From Fimicolochytrium jonesii (taxonomy: Eukaryota): a DNA stretch of 64,000 nucleotides. The number at the start of each line of letters is the position of its first letter. Position 1 is the first letter of the stretch. Where the stretch lies: NCBI RefSeq assembly GCF_025526975.1, contig NW_026515692.1, positions 1 to 64,000 on the forward strand. The letters run 5' to 3'. The notes under the pieces were generated by a model, which saw only the letters and a program-made list of their open reading frames with translations, was not told the DNA's origin and searched no databases. The translations under genes and the position numbers were made by a program. This document shows, in pieces, positions 1 to 11,869 of the stretch.

Positions 1-868
1 GTCATTGGGTCGCTCATGGACGTTAAGGGTATGACGAGGGCGCCGGCGCCTTTGGAGATGATGGTGCGCCCGAGGCCCCAGGAGGAGTCGACTTTGCCGC
101 CCTTGCGGGTGCCGATGACGAACTCGGAGGTGTGGAGGGCGGTGAAGAGGCGCGGGAGGACGTGGGCGGGGTGCTGGCCGTCTGCGTCCATGCACAAGAG
201 GTAGCTGCCGTGGGAGTCGGAGAAGCCCCGGAGGACGGCGGAGGAGAGGCCGCGGTCGGTTGTGCGTGTGATCAGCCGGATTGTGAAGCCTCCGGGAACT
301 CCTAAGGGATGAAAACAAAACATGTCAGCGACGGATGGACGATGAAGCGAAAGCGAAGCGATGGACGATGAGGCAAGAAACCGGAGCGAAGCGAGGCGAT
401 GAACAATGAAGTGATGTATGGTTGAACGATACCCAACCGCAAAGCGATGGATGGCTGGACGGAAGATGGATGGTGAACGATACCCTGCTCGCTCCGCTCG
501 CGACGCAGACACCACGTTCAGCGAGCGCGCTACGCTCACCATCCTCCTACGGCCCAGAACCTCAGGCATTCTCCTCGCTTCGCTCGGCCATCCGCTCGCC
601 CCTGACTCTGCTCGGTGCCCTTACCGAATCTCTTAATGAGTTCATCACAAACTTGAATCGTCCCATCCTGTGAGTTATCATCCACAACCACAACCTCCGT
701 CTGGTTCAAAAAGGGGCTTTGTTGCAAGGCAGCATAAATATTGGGAATAACGGTTGGCAAGTTTTTTGCTTCCTTATAAGTGGGGATAATGATCGAGTAC
801 ACTACGTTCGTTGCTGAGGGTGGGTGGGATAGGGAGGTTTGGGGGGCGAGGGCGGATGTGGTTGTCAT
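1..868 (-). CDS. DPM1: Dolichol-phosphate mannosyltransferase-like GT2 glycosyltransferase (3' part runs off the window)
   Basis: Exon 1 (868-625) reads YSIIIPTYKEAKNL...VVVDDNSQDGT. After a GT-AG intron at 624-302, exon 2 reads RLITRTTDRGLSSAVLRGF...LLCMDADGQHP...FVIGTR...SDPM, with the DAD motif typical of DPM1-like GT2 enzymes. Confidence 0.8.
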
Positions 869-1508
869 TGTTGGGATGTTGATGCTGTTATTGTTTGAGT
901 GAGGGACGGGAGGGAGGTGTAAGATTTAGTTGTAGATCACTGTGGGCGAGAGCGGTGCGTGAGGGAGAGGGAGACCTGCCTGACGTACATTCTTTTGAGG
1001 GCCTTCGGGGGGAGGGCTATGCAGTAGAAGGCAGGCCTTGTTGCAGGTTTGATGAGCGGCTGAGCAGCGCTGTGCAGGACGCTGCTTGCTCGAGAAGGGG
1101 ATGGATGTGGACCGGGCAGGCCGCCCGCCCGGCCAGTCAGACAGACTGATGGGAGAGACACGCGTTATCAAGTGCCGCATCAGTCTTCTCGTACGAAGCG
1201 AGACCATTTATGTAAACGACTATACATTTGCAGATAAGGATATCATCCCTCATCATGGCGTCTATACGAGCAACACTTACAAAAGCGCCATGCGGGACGG
1301 GTAGGAGGGCATGAACACAGGGAACCAAAAAGGTGGGGGGTTGGGACTTGGCAGGCTCATCACAAAGGAGGGGGTATACAGGTACATAATACACAAAGAC
1401 AGGTAAACGATTTCCAGCGCGCCCATCATGACGACGACAACCTCCAGCAATCGCAAACACTGTGTAACGCGCGGCGAGAGAGACCGGATATATGCATCCT
1501 CATCCCGT

Positions 1509-2549
1509 TCAATCGCTCATATCGTTCCGGTCTTGTTTCTCGTCCCTTCGCCACCTGCTCCGCTTGTACGCCGGCTCAGCGCCGAACGGTTCCGTCCAGT
1601 TGAAGATCGGCCCGCCACCGTTGGGAGCCCCACCACCTCCACCGCCGTTCGCTCCACCCCCGATCCCATTCCCACTCGGTGTCCATCGCCGCTTCAACAG
1701 CGACGCAGCCCCGCCGATCCCGCCGCCGAGCTCCTGCTGCGACTGGAAAGATGTCGGGTCGTTCGCAGGTTGGAGACCGTTGCCAAAGCCGTTCATGGCT
1801 TGTTGTTGCTGTGGAGTTGTCATGCCTTGCATAGCGGGAGCGAGGTGGGGTGGGATGAGTCCGTATGGCCTGCCGATCGCTTGACGCTGCTGCTGCTGTT
1901 GTCCTGCATGCTGTTGGGAGGAGCCGTATAGCGGATGCAACGGTGGCGGGACGAAAGTGAAGTCGGAGGATGGGAGGTGGGGTTGTTGATCGTACGGAGA
2001 TGTTGCTGCTGCGGAGGGTATGACGTTCGTGGGCTGGAGCGGTTGTTGTTGCTGTTGTTGTGAGGGTTCCCGGGAAAGTGGTGGTGGATGTTCGGCAGTC
2101 GTTTGCGATGTCGGTTGCTGTGCAGACCCTATGCTATCTGCACTTTGTGGCCCCTGCTGCTGTTGTTGCGCCTGATGGGACTGACCCTCATCTTCCTGCC
2201 GTTGTTGTTGCTGCTGCTGCTGCTGCGTTTGCTGCTGCGATGGTGCGTCTCCATCCGCGCTGGACGACAGCTCAATAGCATTCCGCAGCGCCTCATGCTT
2301 GGCCGAAAAGAAAGACACCAAATCCGTCACAGTCAGATTCTCCTTGGCCCCTCCCGCAGCGGATCGCTGGGCAGACACGAACTGCCAGAGGTCCTGAAGA
2401 CACTGATCGTAGCCGGCCAGGTAACCCCGCCGCTGCAATTTGATGGACTCGCGGTAGAGGTGGGTGACGGTTTGAGCAGCGGCTTTGAAGCTTTGGAGCA
2501 GTGCGGGGTCTGGGTCGCCCGCTGGGCTGGAGAAGTTGCCAGAGTCCAT
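1509..2549 (-). CDS. HAPSTR1/C16orf72 (DUF4588)-like protein with Q/P/G-rich disordered C-terminus
   Basis: Intronless ORF, ATG at 2549. N-terminal motif LLQSFKAAAQTVTHLYRES...GYLAGYDQCLQDLWQFV resembles the HAPSTR1 family signature; basic NLS-like tail YKRSRWRR. Confidence 0.65.
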   Translation of the reverse strand: MDSGNFSSPAGDPDPALLQSFKAAAQTVTHLYRESIKLQRRGYLAGYDQCLQDLWQFVSAQRSAAGGAKENLTVTDLVSFFSAKHEALRNAIELSSSADGDAPSQQQTQQQQQQQQRQEDEGQSHQAQQQQQGPQSADSIGSAQQPTSQTTAEHPPPLSREPSQQQQQQPLQPTNVIPSAAATSPYDQQPHLPSSDFTFVPPPLHPLYGSSQQHAGQQQQQRQAIGRPYGLIPPHLAPAMQGMTTPQQQQAMNGFGNGLQPANDPTSFQSQQELGGGIGGAASLLKRRWTPSGNGIGGGANGGGGGGAPNGGGPIFNWTEPFGAEPAYKRSRWRRDEKQDRNDMSD

Positions 2550-3344
2550 TGTGGAAATGGGACAGGTATTGAGAACTCCCACGCCGGAAGCAGCTGCCGA
2601 ACTGTCAAGAAAGGAATTATGTGTCCGGACTTCAACCGAAGACGGGAGAAGGAGCGCACAGAAGGCGGGTCGTTGACACCAAGTGACGAGAAGCGTTTAA
2701 ATGGTTATGAGGTTTGTTTACGGTGTTGTGGGAACTTCGTGGTGGTGGGAACGTTTGCATGGTTGGCACGTAAAGAAGCCAGCTCTCTAGCTTCTCCTGG
2801 GGAGGATCCGTTTTGACCAGAGCCTTTTGTTCTGTTACCCAGGAGGCCGTTGCGAAATAACCTTACAGTTAGGGTTACATGCGTGAGTAACAGCCAATCA
2901 CAGCCTTCCGCGCGAGAAACAGCCAATAACAGCCTTCCGCCCGAAATAACAGAGTAACAGCCGTAACATCTGCACGCAAAAGATGAAAGAAGGCTGCGTA
3001 AGCGGGCTGAGATACGATGTATTGAAGTGAAGAAAAAGTGAAGAAGTCCTTCGCAGCGCCGGACGACTGACAGCCTTATATTCATCTTCCGAGTGTCTCC
3101 TTTACTTATGCACTTCTGCAATGTAGGTGCATGATAGGCGTGCGACATAATAGCAGATGCAGGCGGGGATGAGACGGGGTTGTGTGTGTACCATGGATGG
3201 GCGCCAAAAATGGTTGCTTGAAATGTCGTATGTCATGGTGAATGTGTGCGATGCATGTCGTGTGTCTGAGTAATGAATAGGTTGTCGACTCCAAAAATCT
3301 ATATAGGCACGCTCCATCCCCACTGCCTGGGTCACAGGCGTTCT

Positions 3345-4825
3345 CTATTCCAGCGAGTATTGAGGAGCTTCCTTGGGTCCGTGCTGTCCTGATTGTAGGT
3401 TTTCGAGCTCCAGGTCCCCTCTTCGCGTTTTGCTTACTGCATTTGTTAGGATATCTTGTGAGGAAAACAGTTGGGCAACGCTTCAGATCCACCAGTTCCA
3501 CTTACGCTGTTCTTTCAGTCCCTTCCCAAAATTTCTGAACGTCAGAAGCGCAAAGACGAATGTCGCTACGCAAAGGGCCAATGTTATCCCCTCTGTGAAC
3601 CATGAGAAACATGAGTATCGTGTCTTTTGCGTCGCAGGATTTTCCACGCTTACCGAAGAACGTCAGCGACCGCCTGCTTCCAGAATACTTTGATGTTGAC
3701 CCATTCTGAGATACATCCACCAATTTTGAGATCAGGTATCCGATTCCTCCTGCCAGTCCCAGTAGCGTCGCTGTCATCAGAAGTTTGCTTTCACGACGCA
3801 CAGCCAGGTATGCGACCACTAGTAAAGCGAGCGTAAAGGGAATTGCTACGAGACCGTGGATCCATTTTTCGCTTTCCGATACACTGCCCCTGCCGCTCAT
3901 GATGACAAGGGCAAGAAACTGAACGTCGAACCCAATGAAGAAGAACACATCGAGCTTCAAAAGCATTAAATAGATGTGGTAAAGCTTGAGCCGATCTGCA
4001 ATGGGAAGCGTGAGTATGTGTTTTCAGGATGACAAACAACAACACGTTTTCGTGTTAGCCGAACTCACTTCGCACGGATATATCCGCTCCTAACTCTTTG
4101 AAGATGCTCCACCCAAATACTCGGTACAGGCGTTGCGAAAGAACGACCCATCCTGTCACAAAGACCGCCATTGCACACAGGATTATTATTTCCAATGTCG
4201 CTGTTGAATGGGTATCCAGCGTTCCGGACGGGACCAGTCCCGTTGCGCCAATTTTGTCAGCAATGTCGGTAGCCTGCTTGTATTGTAATCCCGAATATGC
4301 GAGCAATGCCACATTGAATAAAGTTGTGGAGACCAATTCGATCATGGAATATGTGTACACCTATATGGAGGCGGCGTAGTACTTGAGTCCACGGCAACTT
4401 CCAAAGGCGCCTCCATATGAAACCCACGTACCGCATCAACGGCCAGCACCCATTGAAACACTTGCGCCGCAATAAAGAGCACATGGTAGACTGTCAGGGC
4501 TCTGGTATTCGCTATCAAATCCGCGGCGACAGGGTTTTGATTTAGTACTGTTTCCAAATCGGAGTTGTTGGATGCATGTTTCTTTGCAACGATGCTCTCC
4601 AGGATAACGATGATGAGGAGCTGAGCAGTTGCCCAGATGATTGCAGCTTTTCCCCACGGGTCCTTCGGTACCTATTAGAAGGAAAGTTCTAAGAAGGAGG
4701 GCTTCAAGAGAGTGAAAGGATGGTCAGGCGCCTACCAGTCTGGAGCGCCTATTCCTGGCAGGACGGGCAAGCTCCGTAGATGCTGAGTGGGGTATCCGTT
4801 CGAGGGACCTGGCGTCGAGGTCCAT
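3345..4825 (-). CDS. Multi-pass membrane protein, fungal UPF0658-like
   Basis: Spliced model from MDLDARS at 4825 to YSLE* at 3345. Hydrophobic segments: YHVLFIAAQVFQWVLAVDA, LLKLDVFFFIGFDVQFLALV, LLVVAYLAVRRESK, NFGKGLK. Several GT-AG introns. Confidence 0.7.
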
Positions 4826-5482
4826 GGTGGTTGCTGGAGTGCCCTAAGGTCGACAAGCTTCGTCCCGCTTGAATACGACCGGATACGAGTTCCCGAGTTT
4901 CGTACCGCTCCGCAATCCACTTCGGAGGAGTGAAGTATAGAGACCCCGGATGTTGCTGGTAGCGTCGATCAGAATGGCAACCTCGTGAAAATGGATGTAA
5001 GCACAGACTCTCTGAAGGTCATACTTACAAAAAAATATTGACCCCATTCCATCTCGAATCGACGGGCCACACACCGGTGAGGCCCTCCTTGGCGCCTGGG
5101 CCCTGTTGATTGGCCGGGTGGGAACCGGGTGACGGGCCCTTATTGGCGGGCTCCTATTGGCGGAATGTCTTAGATGCCATACCTCACATACATCATCGTC
5201 CAATCAAAGCTCAGGTCGAAGATCCCGTTGAAACACGTTGGGCCAATCAAATCACGGCGTTTTCGCCAGCTCTTCGATGTTGGCAGAAGACACAAGACAA
5301 GGTCGCCGTCTTAAGACAAAGTTCTCCTTCAACCAACCGCTAACCTCCCACCTCAACCATCCCAACCAACTGTTAACAACCCAACCATCGTGAGTGTTTT
5401 CGCGACCCGCAGGTTCCTTTCCTTATCCTCCTCCACTCACCCTTGTTTGCATCATCAGGAAACACCCATCTTCGGTCAGGTC

Positions 5483-7300
5483 ATGACCTCCTCCGACGAC
5501 GACCCCACCAACGAAGAAATTGTAGCCCTGTGGAAGCAGCAGAGAGCACGGGAGAAAGCCGCGGCACGGGAGAAAGAAGCTGCTGAATTGAGGGTGGTGG
5601 CGGAGAGGGAGCCGCAGGAGTTAAGGGTGGCAGCTGAATTGCGAGCGGCCGAGAGGGAGACGGAAACACCAAAGAGGGCCAGGCTGGATGCCGAAACGGG
5701 ACTGAGGCTGAGTGCGACCACTAAGGTGGCGGAGAGGGAGGCGGGGGAATTAGGGGTGGCCTCTGAATTGCGAGCGGCCGAGAGGGAGACGGAAACACCA
5801 AAGAGGGCCAGGTTGGATGCTGAAACGGGACTGAGGCTGAGTGCGACCACTAAGGTGGCGGAGAGGGAGGCGGGGGAAGTAAGGGTGGTCTCTGAATTGC
5901 GAGCGGCCGAGAGGGAGACGGAAACACCAAAGAGGGCCAGGCTGGATGCCGAAACGGGACTGAGGCTGAGTGCGACCACTAAGGTGGCGGAGAGGGAGGC
6001 GGGGGAATTAGGGGTGGCCTCTGAATTGCGAGCGGCCGAGAGGGAGACGGAAACATCGGAGAGGGCCAGGCTGGATGCCGAAACGGGACTGAGGCTTAGT
6101 GCGACCGCTAAGGTCGCTGCGAAGAGGGGAGGCGGCAAGCAAAGAGTCTTGAAGGCGACAAAGGCAGTTGCGGCGGCAACCGCGGAGAAGGCGGAGACGA
6201 AAAACAACGAAACGGCAATCCAACCGCACCCGGCAATCCAACCGCACCCGTTCCCCACCCTATCGACTTTCCAGTACGGACAAACCGCCTTTCCTGGCTT
6301 TTTTGGCGGCCAGACAAATGGCTCTCCGTCGACAAATGGGTTTCCGTCGACGAACCGTTTTTCCAGATTCGTTCCTATCCTTCCCGCGCCCGCCCCAAAC
6401 GACATCCCCGCCGCCACTGCCACGAACATCATTCCGATCAAGAGCTTCGCCAATCTGAATCCCATCATCCCCATCAGAGCCACGAACCCCGACCCCCCTA
6501 TGAACGCCGATCCCCCTGCGAACCGTAAAAAGAGGAAACGGGCAGCTGCGACCGTTGCGGAACAGTGCACTGCAAATCAATTGGAAGAAATGGCGGCGGA
6601 CACGAATGACGAGGACTCGAACGACATCATATTCGTCCACAGTGAAAGTGACCTGGGGCGGCCACCTACATCTGTCCCGGCACCCGTCGCCGCAACCGTT
6701 GCCGCAACCATCCATGAAACGATCCGCACAATGATCCCTGCAACGATCTCCGCACCGATCCCCGCAACCATCCCGGCGACCGTGCCCACACCCGACATCC
6801 CACCCCGACAGGCGAAAAAAATCAGGCTATCGGAGCTTGCCCAAGTTCGTCAGCGAAACCACAGTGGTCAGTTCATGAGGGACACGCCGATCGATATCAA
6901 CGTATCATCCGTTTTCAATGCCGCCGGAATCGTTGGGGATCGTTCGAATTACAAGTACACCATGATGAAGAGCATCCTGCATACAATGAACGCCATGGAC
7001 ACCTCCACTCTCACCATGATGCACGCATTGTTGTTCTGTCCCTTCGAACAGGTGGTTCGAGAAGCACATCTGCGAGTCAATCGAAACCATTATCAATCCG
7101 ACCAAGAATGGCAGGATGGGATCGAGAGTTTTATATCGGAAATACATCGGAGGATGGTCGAACGGTTCAACATGGAGTTGGATTTGATGCGGGGCGATCG
7201 ACTTAATCTTCTCTCCCTGGTCTTGGCTGAACGTGAGCGCGCGTCGGAGGAGGAATGTAAGGAGAAGGAGACGGGGATGGAGGGCCAGCAGCGAATGTAA
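5483..7300 (+). CDS. Intronless hypothetical protein with 43-aa tandem repeats, P/T/A-rich middle and helical C-terminus; probably transposon- or virus-derived
   Basis: Open frame 5390-7300, first ATG at 5483. NLS-like RKKRKR. Lies directly upstream of a Ulp1 protease relic. Confidence 0.55.
   Translation: MTSSDDDPTNEEIVALWKQQRAREKAAAREKEAAELRVVAEREPQELRVAAELRAAERETETPKRARLDAETGLRLSATTKVAEREAGELGVASELRAAERETETPKRARLDAETGLRLSATTKVAEREAGEVRVVSELRAAERETETPKRARLDAETGLRLSATTKVAEREAGELGVASELRAAERETETSERARLDAETGLRLSATAKVAAKRGGGKQRVLKATKAVAAATAEKAETKNNETAIQPHPAIQPHPFPTLSTFQYGQTAFPGFFGGQTNGSPSTNGFPSTNRFSRFVPILPAPAPNDIPAATATNIIPIKSFANLNPIIPIRATNPDPPMNADPPANRKKRKRAAATVAEQCTANQLEEMAADTNDEDSNDIIFVHSESDLGRPPTSVPAPVAATVAATIHETIRTMIPATISAPIPATIPATVPTPDIPPRQAKKIRLSELAQVRQRNHSGQFMRDTPIDINVSSVFNAAGIVGDRSNYKYTMMKSILHTMNAMDTSTLTMMHALLFCPFEQVVREAHLRVNRNHYQSDQEWQDGIESFISEIHRRMVERFNMELDLMRGDRLNLLSLVLAERERASEEECKEKETGMEGQQRM
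5595..6115 (+). repeat. Coding tandem repeat, about 4 x 129 bp (43 aa)
   Basis: GCGAGCGGCCGAGAGGGAGACGGAAAC recurs at 5641, 5770, 5899 and 6028 (period 129); copies are near-identical. Confidence 0.95.
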
Positions 7301-7559
7301 ATATACCCATACAGTTTTTGTTTATGTTTGAGTCTCGAATGAAAATTGAATAGCATTTCGCGAATTTCATGTCAGCTCCATTACCTATGCCAGAGGAATG
7401 TCGTCGCCGTGCTCGTCGGTGCTTCCAGCGCCCGCCCCCAACAGCGCCGTCCCTCGCGATGAACAAACTGCGCCCGATCCCCGCGACGGACAAACAGAGA
7501 TGGATCCGGTGGACGAACAAACTCCCACCCGTGGCCAAAGGTTAGTGACGCAAATCTCA

Positions 7560-8025
7560 GGTTCCTTCAGCAAGTTGTGGAGGTCGACAAGATGCCCGAG
7601 AACAAACGTCTCCGCCGAGGTAGCGACATCAAAATCCCGGAAGGGTTGTCGAGTATCCAGAGGGAGAGCGTTTGGAGATGCCTCAATCCGAGAAGCTGGT
7701 TGAACGATCAAGTGATAAATAAGTATGCAACTCGATGAAACTCTCTCACTCAATGTCTCACCGGGAATCGATTTATCTAATGCCGTCCATTTTCAACCCT
7801 CGCACACAGGACAGCCAGGCATACCGGAATAAGATCGATACTATTTGCGCCGTCGCCTGGAACTGGTATTCCAACGCCGCGCCAACCTCCACGGTCCCAC
7901 GGCGCCCCAAGTAAGGACGATCCCAAGACCCCAGCAAACGGACAGTGTCAACTGTGGGCTGTTTGTATGCATGATGGCGGATGCTATTGTTCGCAATGCC
8001 GTGGGTGAGATTACAGACGTCTGAG
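7560..8025 (+). pseudogene. Ulp1/C48 SUMO-protease relic
   Basis: CLNPRSWLNDQVINKY (TGG at 7697) matches the WLNDEVINFY motif. PQQTDSVNCGLFVC (7929-7970) matches the oxyanion-Gln/catalytic-Cys motif. Intron-like GTATGC..CTAAT..CAG at 7723-7809. The catalytic His segment is missing and there is a frameshift near 7905. Confidence 0.75.
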
Positions 8026-8419
8026 CCGATGATCCTCAGACGCTTCTTAACGCCCGGCATAATATCGCGCTCAGCATCATGCTCTCGATGTTCATGAACG
8101 ACCGTGGCGATTCGTCTCAATATACCCGAATATCAAGTTCTGAAGGATATGTATCTATTTAGAATATAGGTTGCTTCTATAGATGTAGATAATTTCCTGG
8201 GAAGCAAGTTTGCAGTGTGCTCTGGACGAGGAGGAGGCTGCTTTACTGGTGCGTTCCGAAAACTTTTGTCGTGGTACTGTACAGTACGTTCTGCTGTTTG
8301 AGCAGGTCCAGTTGCCAAGTTACTGGTCTTTCTGGGCGTGTGCTGGCAAGCAACTCACGCTTTGCAGAAATTGGGTCCCACACTGTTACCTCCGTACAAG
8401 TCGACTGGAAGCACATACT

Positions 8420-11400
8420 ATGGCGCCGGCCGCCCTAGCTTCAGAGCACGAAAGGGATCGAGAGGAGTTTGTAGGGGCCAGAATTGCGGAGCAAGTAGCC
8501 CGGCAACCTCAGGCATGTGCTCTCATATACTACGGTGCGGCTCGAGGAGCAGCGGTCCAGAGGTTCACATATGCCGAGGTGTGGAAGACGGCTGTGGGGT
8601 TGGCCAAAGTCTTCGGTGAAAGACTGCGTTCGGTTGCTTGCTCGAAGAAGGGAGGTTCTGCCATACCGAAAAGTAAGCGTCGCAGAAAGCAAGCTACGTG
8701 TCCTCTCTCTCTGTTCCTTTGCTCACCGTTCGTTCTTTGTGAAGGGCAGTCGGCGTGCTAGTCCAGGAGGGACCGATGCTGCCCATGATCCATCTCGCTG
8801 TTCTGCTGACGGAACCGGCAACGGGTGAGTGCCTTGATCTCTCCTCATATTGTTACTTGAACTGGATTTTGAACTAAGAAAAGGCGAACGTATGTAGCGA
8901 TGGTCCCGATGGATCCCGCAGATCCCCGACTGCCTCTGGTGATCCAGGACGTGTCGCCGGACCTGATTGTTGCACAGGACGACGCATACAAAGCATTGGC
9001 TAGCGCAATACAGCAGTGCCACAACGCTGAAAGAAGTCTGGGGAATGGAGGGTGGCAGGGTCCGGGCCAAATCACTGTGAGCGAATCAGTAAAGGCAACT
9101 CAAACATGGGAAAGAGAACGTCCCGACGCCATGGGCTCGTTTTCCGTTGGTCTTCGGAAGTCAGAAGACGTTTCCCACATTTACATGACCAGCGGCTCTA
9201 CAGGCAGGCCGAAAGGTACGTGAAATCTAGCTTGTGTCATCATGCTGTGGCCATACCTAACGCTTTTGCCTCAGGCTGTATATCTACACACGGCGCATTA
9301 GCATCGTATTGCAGCGCGAAAAATGTAGCACATCAGGTTACGTCCGACAGCATATGCTTTGTGGCGTCCGCACCGAGCTTCGATCCATCATATGGGGACT
9401 TCATGGCCAGCTGGAGCATAGGTGCAACTGTAGCGAGCGCTGATCGGCAAACCATCTTCACGATGCTGGGAGAGTGCCTGAAGGAGACAGGGGCAACGCA
9501 TGTCCTTACGACACCGTCTCTGTTCAACACTATCTTGCACGACAAGCTTGGGCCGAAAGACTTACCAGCGCTTCGCACGATAGCATTAGGCGGGGAACCG
9601 ATGTCGCTGGAAACTGTGAGGGTCTGGGCCGATGCGGCACGGCTCATCAACACTTATGGTGTCACGGAATGCTGTGTATATCAAGCCTATGCCATCGTTC
9701 GAGACGCGGCGTCGCGCAAATTGATTGGCGAAGCATTAGAAGGAAACACCCTCCTCGTCATGACAAACAACGGAGAGCTAGAGATGCTTGCTGACACCGA
9801 CCCTGCCGCCATGCTCGCCGTCACACCTGGGAAAGAAAGCACCGGAGAGCTCTGGATTGCTGGGAAGCAAGTAGGCGTCGGCTACCTGAATCGATCAGAG
9901 CTCACCCAGAAGAAATTCATACATCACCCTACACTTGGACGCTGCTTCCGTACAGGAGATGTGGTCAAGGTCTTCTCGCAGGACGGGAAAGACCACATGA
10001 GATTGTTGGGAAGGTTGGACCATCAAGTAAAAATCTCAGGGCAGCGCGTAGATCTCGAAGAATGCGAGGTCGCTTTGCTTGCGTGTGCGACGGATATTCT
10101 GCTGTCGCAAGCGGCAGTAGTTTTACATCAAGAGACGAAACAGCTTGTGGCATTCTGCGTACCTCAAGACGCCGAAGGAATCTTTACCGACGATCATCAT
10201 CAGCGCATGTTGATTGAGTTGCTCCGGACGCTGAGCGCAGAACGTCTTCCGCGGCATATGATTCCCTCTCGATTCATCTTTGTTAAAGAGTTACCGCAAA
10301 CAAGCACGGGCAAAATCGCAAGAACGAGTCAGGCCAAACAGCCTCTGCCGTTTCTGAACGGTGAATCGATTGACAATGAGGAGACATACGGAGGGTGGAC
10401 TGCTGCGATCGAGAAGGTGTGGAAAAAAGAAATGGGATTTGCGGCTTCAGCTCGACTGGGGAACCTAGCGCATTTCCAGGAACATGGAGGCGATTCCCTC
10501 ACAGCGTTGCGGATATGCAAAGAATTGGCAAATGTAGCTGGCGGCTTGAAATCTCAACAAACTTCAAAAGAAGAATCCGATGGCACATTTGGAGAGCTTT
10601 TGGGTCAGCTTGCACCGGCAGAGTTGCTGAAGAGGCCGGTTTTGGGGAGTTTCGCGCGATATATACAAGAGTGCTTCGGAAGCCTGGACCCAGACTCTCA
10701 ATCGCAATTGCGTGAGATATCGGATGAGGGCAGGACAATCAAGATTACCGATATATTCTCAGCTGCTGGCGCTGGTGCGACAGCCATTGTACGATTCTTC
10801 GTACAAAAACGGGGAGTCGATCCAGGAGGTGGCGCGGCACAGGACAACCTTCGCCTCGCTACACCCCTACATTGCGCATGCTTGAACGGACATGTAGACA
10901 CAGCGCGATATCTCTTGGAAGCTGGCGCAAATCCAGGAGCGATCGACACACACGGACGGACACCGTTCCATCTCGCCTGTCAAAGCGGGAGCCTCCCTCT
11001 CGTCTCGGTCCTGAATGACGCATACAAACCAAGCAACAAGAAAGGCACGGTATCCCTCTTCCTTCGCCAAGACACCTCCGGCCAATCTCCACTCCACTAC
11101 GCCGCCCGCGCAGGAGCCCCATCATCCATCCTCGAACTCCTCCTCTCCAAATCCCCCAAACCCGAGTTGTTTCTCGAGCTCCGTGACGAATGGAGGCGGA
11201 CAGCGCTCCATTGGGCGGTCGTCAACGGACACCGGAACGCCGCGCAGACGTTGCTGGCGTGGGGCGGTGACCGGCAAGCGGTCGATTCGGCGGGAGAGAC
11301 GCCTTTGGATGTTGCGGAGCGGAGAGCGAGATGTGGGGCGAATGAAAGGCAGGCTGGCGTGGGCGCGAGCGTTTTTGGCGATATCGCAAAATTGTTGGGA

Positions 11401-11439
11401 GGCAGTGGGGCGACGAAAAATGTTAGCAGGTTTTCTTAG
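8420..11439 (+). CDS. NRPS-like protein: adenylation domain - carrier (T) domain - ankyrin repeats
   Basis: A-domain motifs YMTSGSTGRPKG, SFDPS, INTYGVTE, GELWIAG..VGVGYLNR, FRTGD, GRLDHQVKISGQRVDLEE, LPQTSTGK. Phosphopantetheine site HGGDSL. About 4-5 ankyrin repeats (TPLHCAC, TPFHLAC, SPLHYAA, TALHWAV, TPLDVA). Three introns near 8673, 8825 and 9217. Confidence 0.9.
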
Positions 11440-11869
11440 GGTAAATTTGTAGGATGTTCGCGTAGGGCGTATAATGTATATTGGCATTTGCTTTCCGTTT
11501 CGATTTCTTCGCGGTCATGTGAAGATTTTCCTCTCTCCCTCTCATGGTGGGTGCGGACTTGAGACAATTCATCATATTCCAAGATTTCTCTGCGCCGAAT
11601 GCTGGTCGCCCAATCTACATCTGGCTACACCGACCTCCCCGATGACATAAATGTAGCTTGCCAATGATGAAGGCGGACGGGTGGGCGGACTCCATTGGGA
11701 TTCAGTTCCAAGCGATCGCTATCTACTCTATCTGGTGATTTCGCGGTATCCTACGCCTGATCAGTTTTCCATTTCGCACCTTGATTGCGGTCGCGAGATA
11801 TCAGCCTCATGCATTCCCTCCCACCCTCAATTGCCTTCACTTCCCATCCCTCCCCTTTCTTACTTTACT

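Noticed and set aside
5595..6115. Possible CRISPR-like array
   Set aside because: Whole 129-bp units repeat with no unique spacers, in frame inside an ORF, in eukaryotic DNA.
5476..6570. 364-aa minus-strand ORF
   Set aside because: Antisense shadow of the repeat-containing + strand ORF, with no independent motifs.
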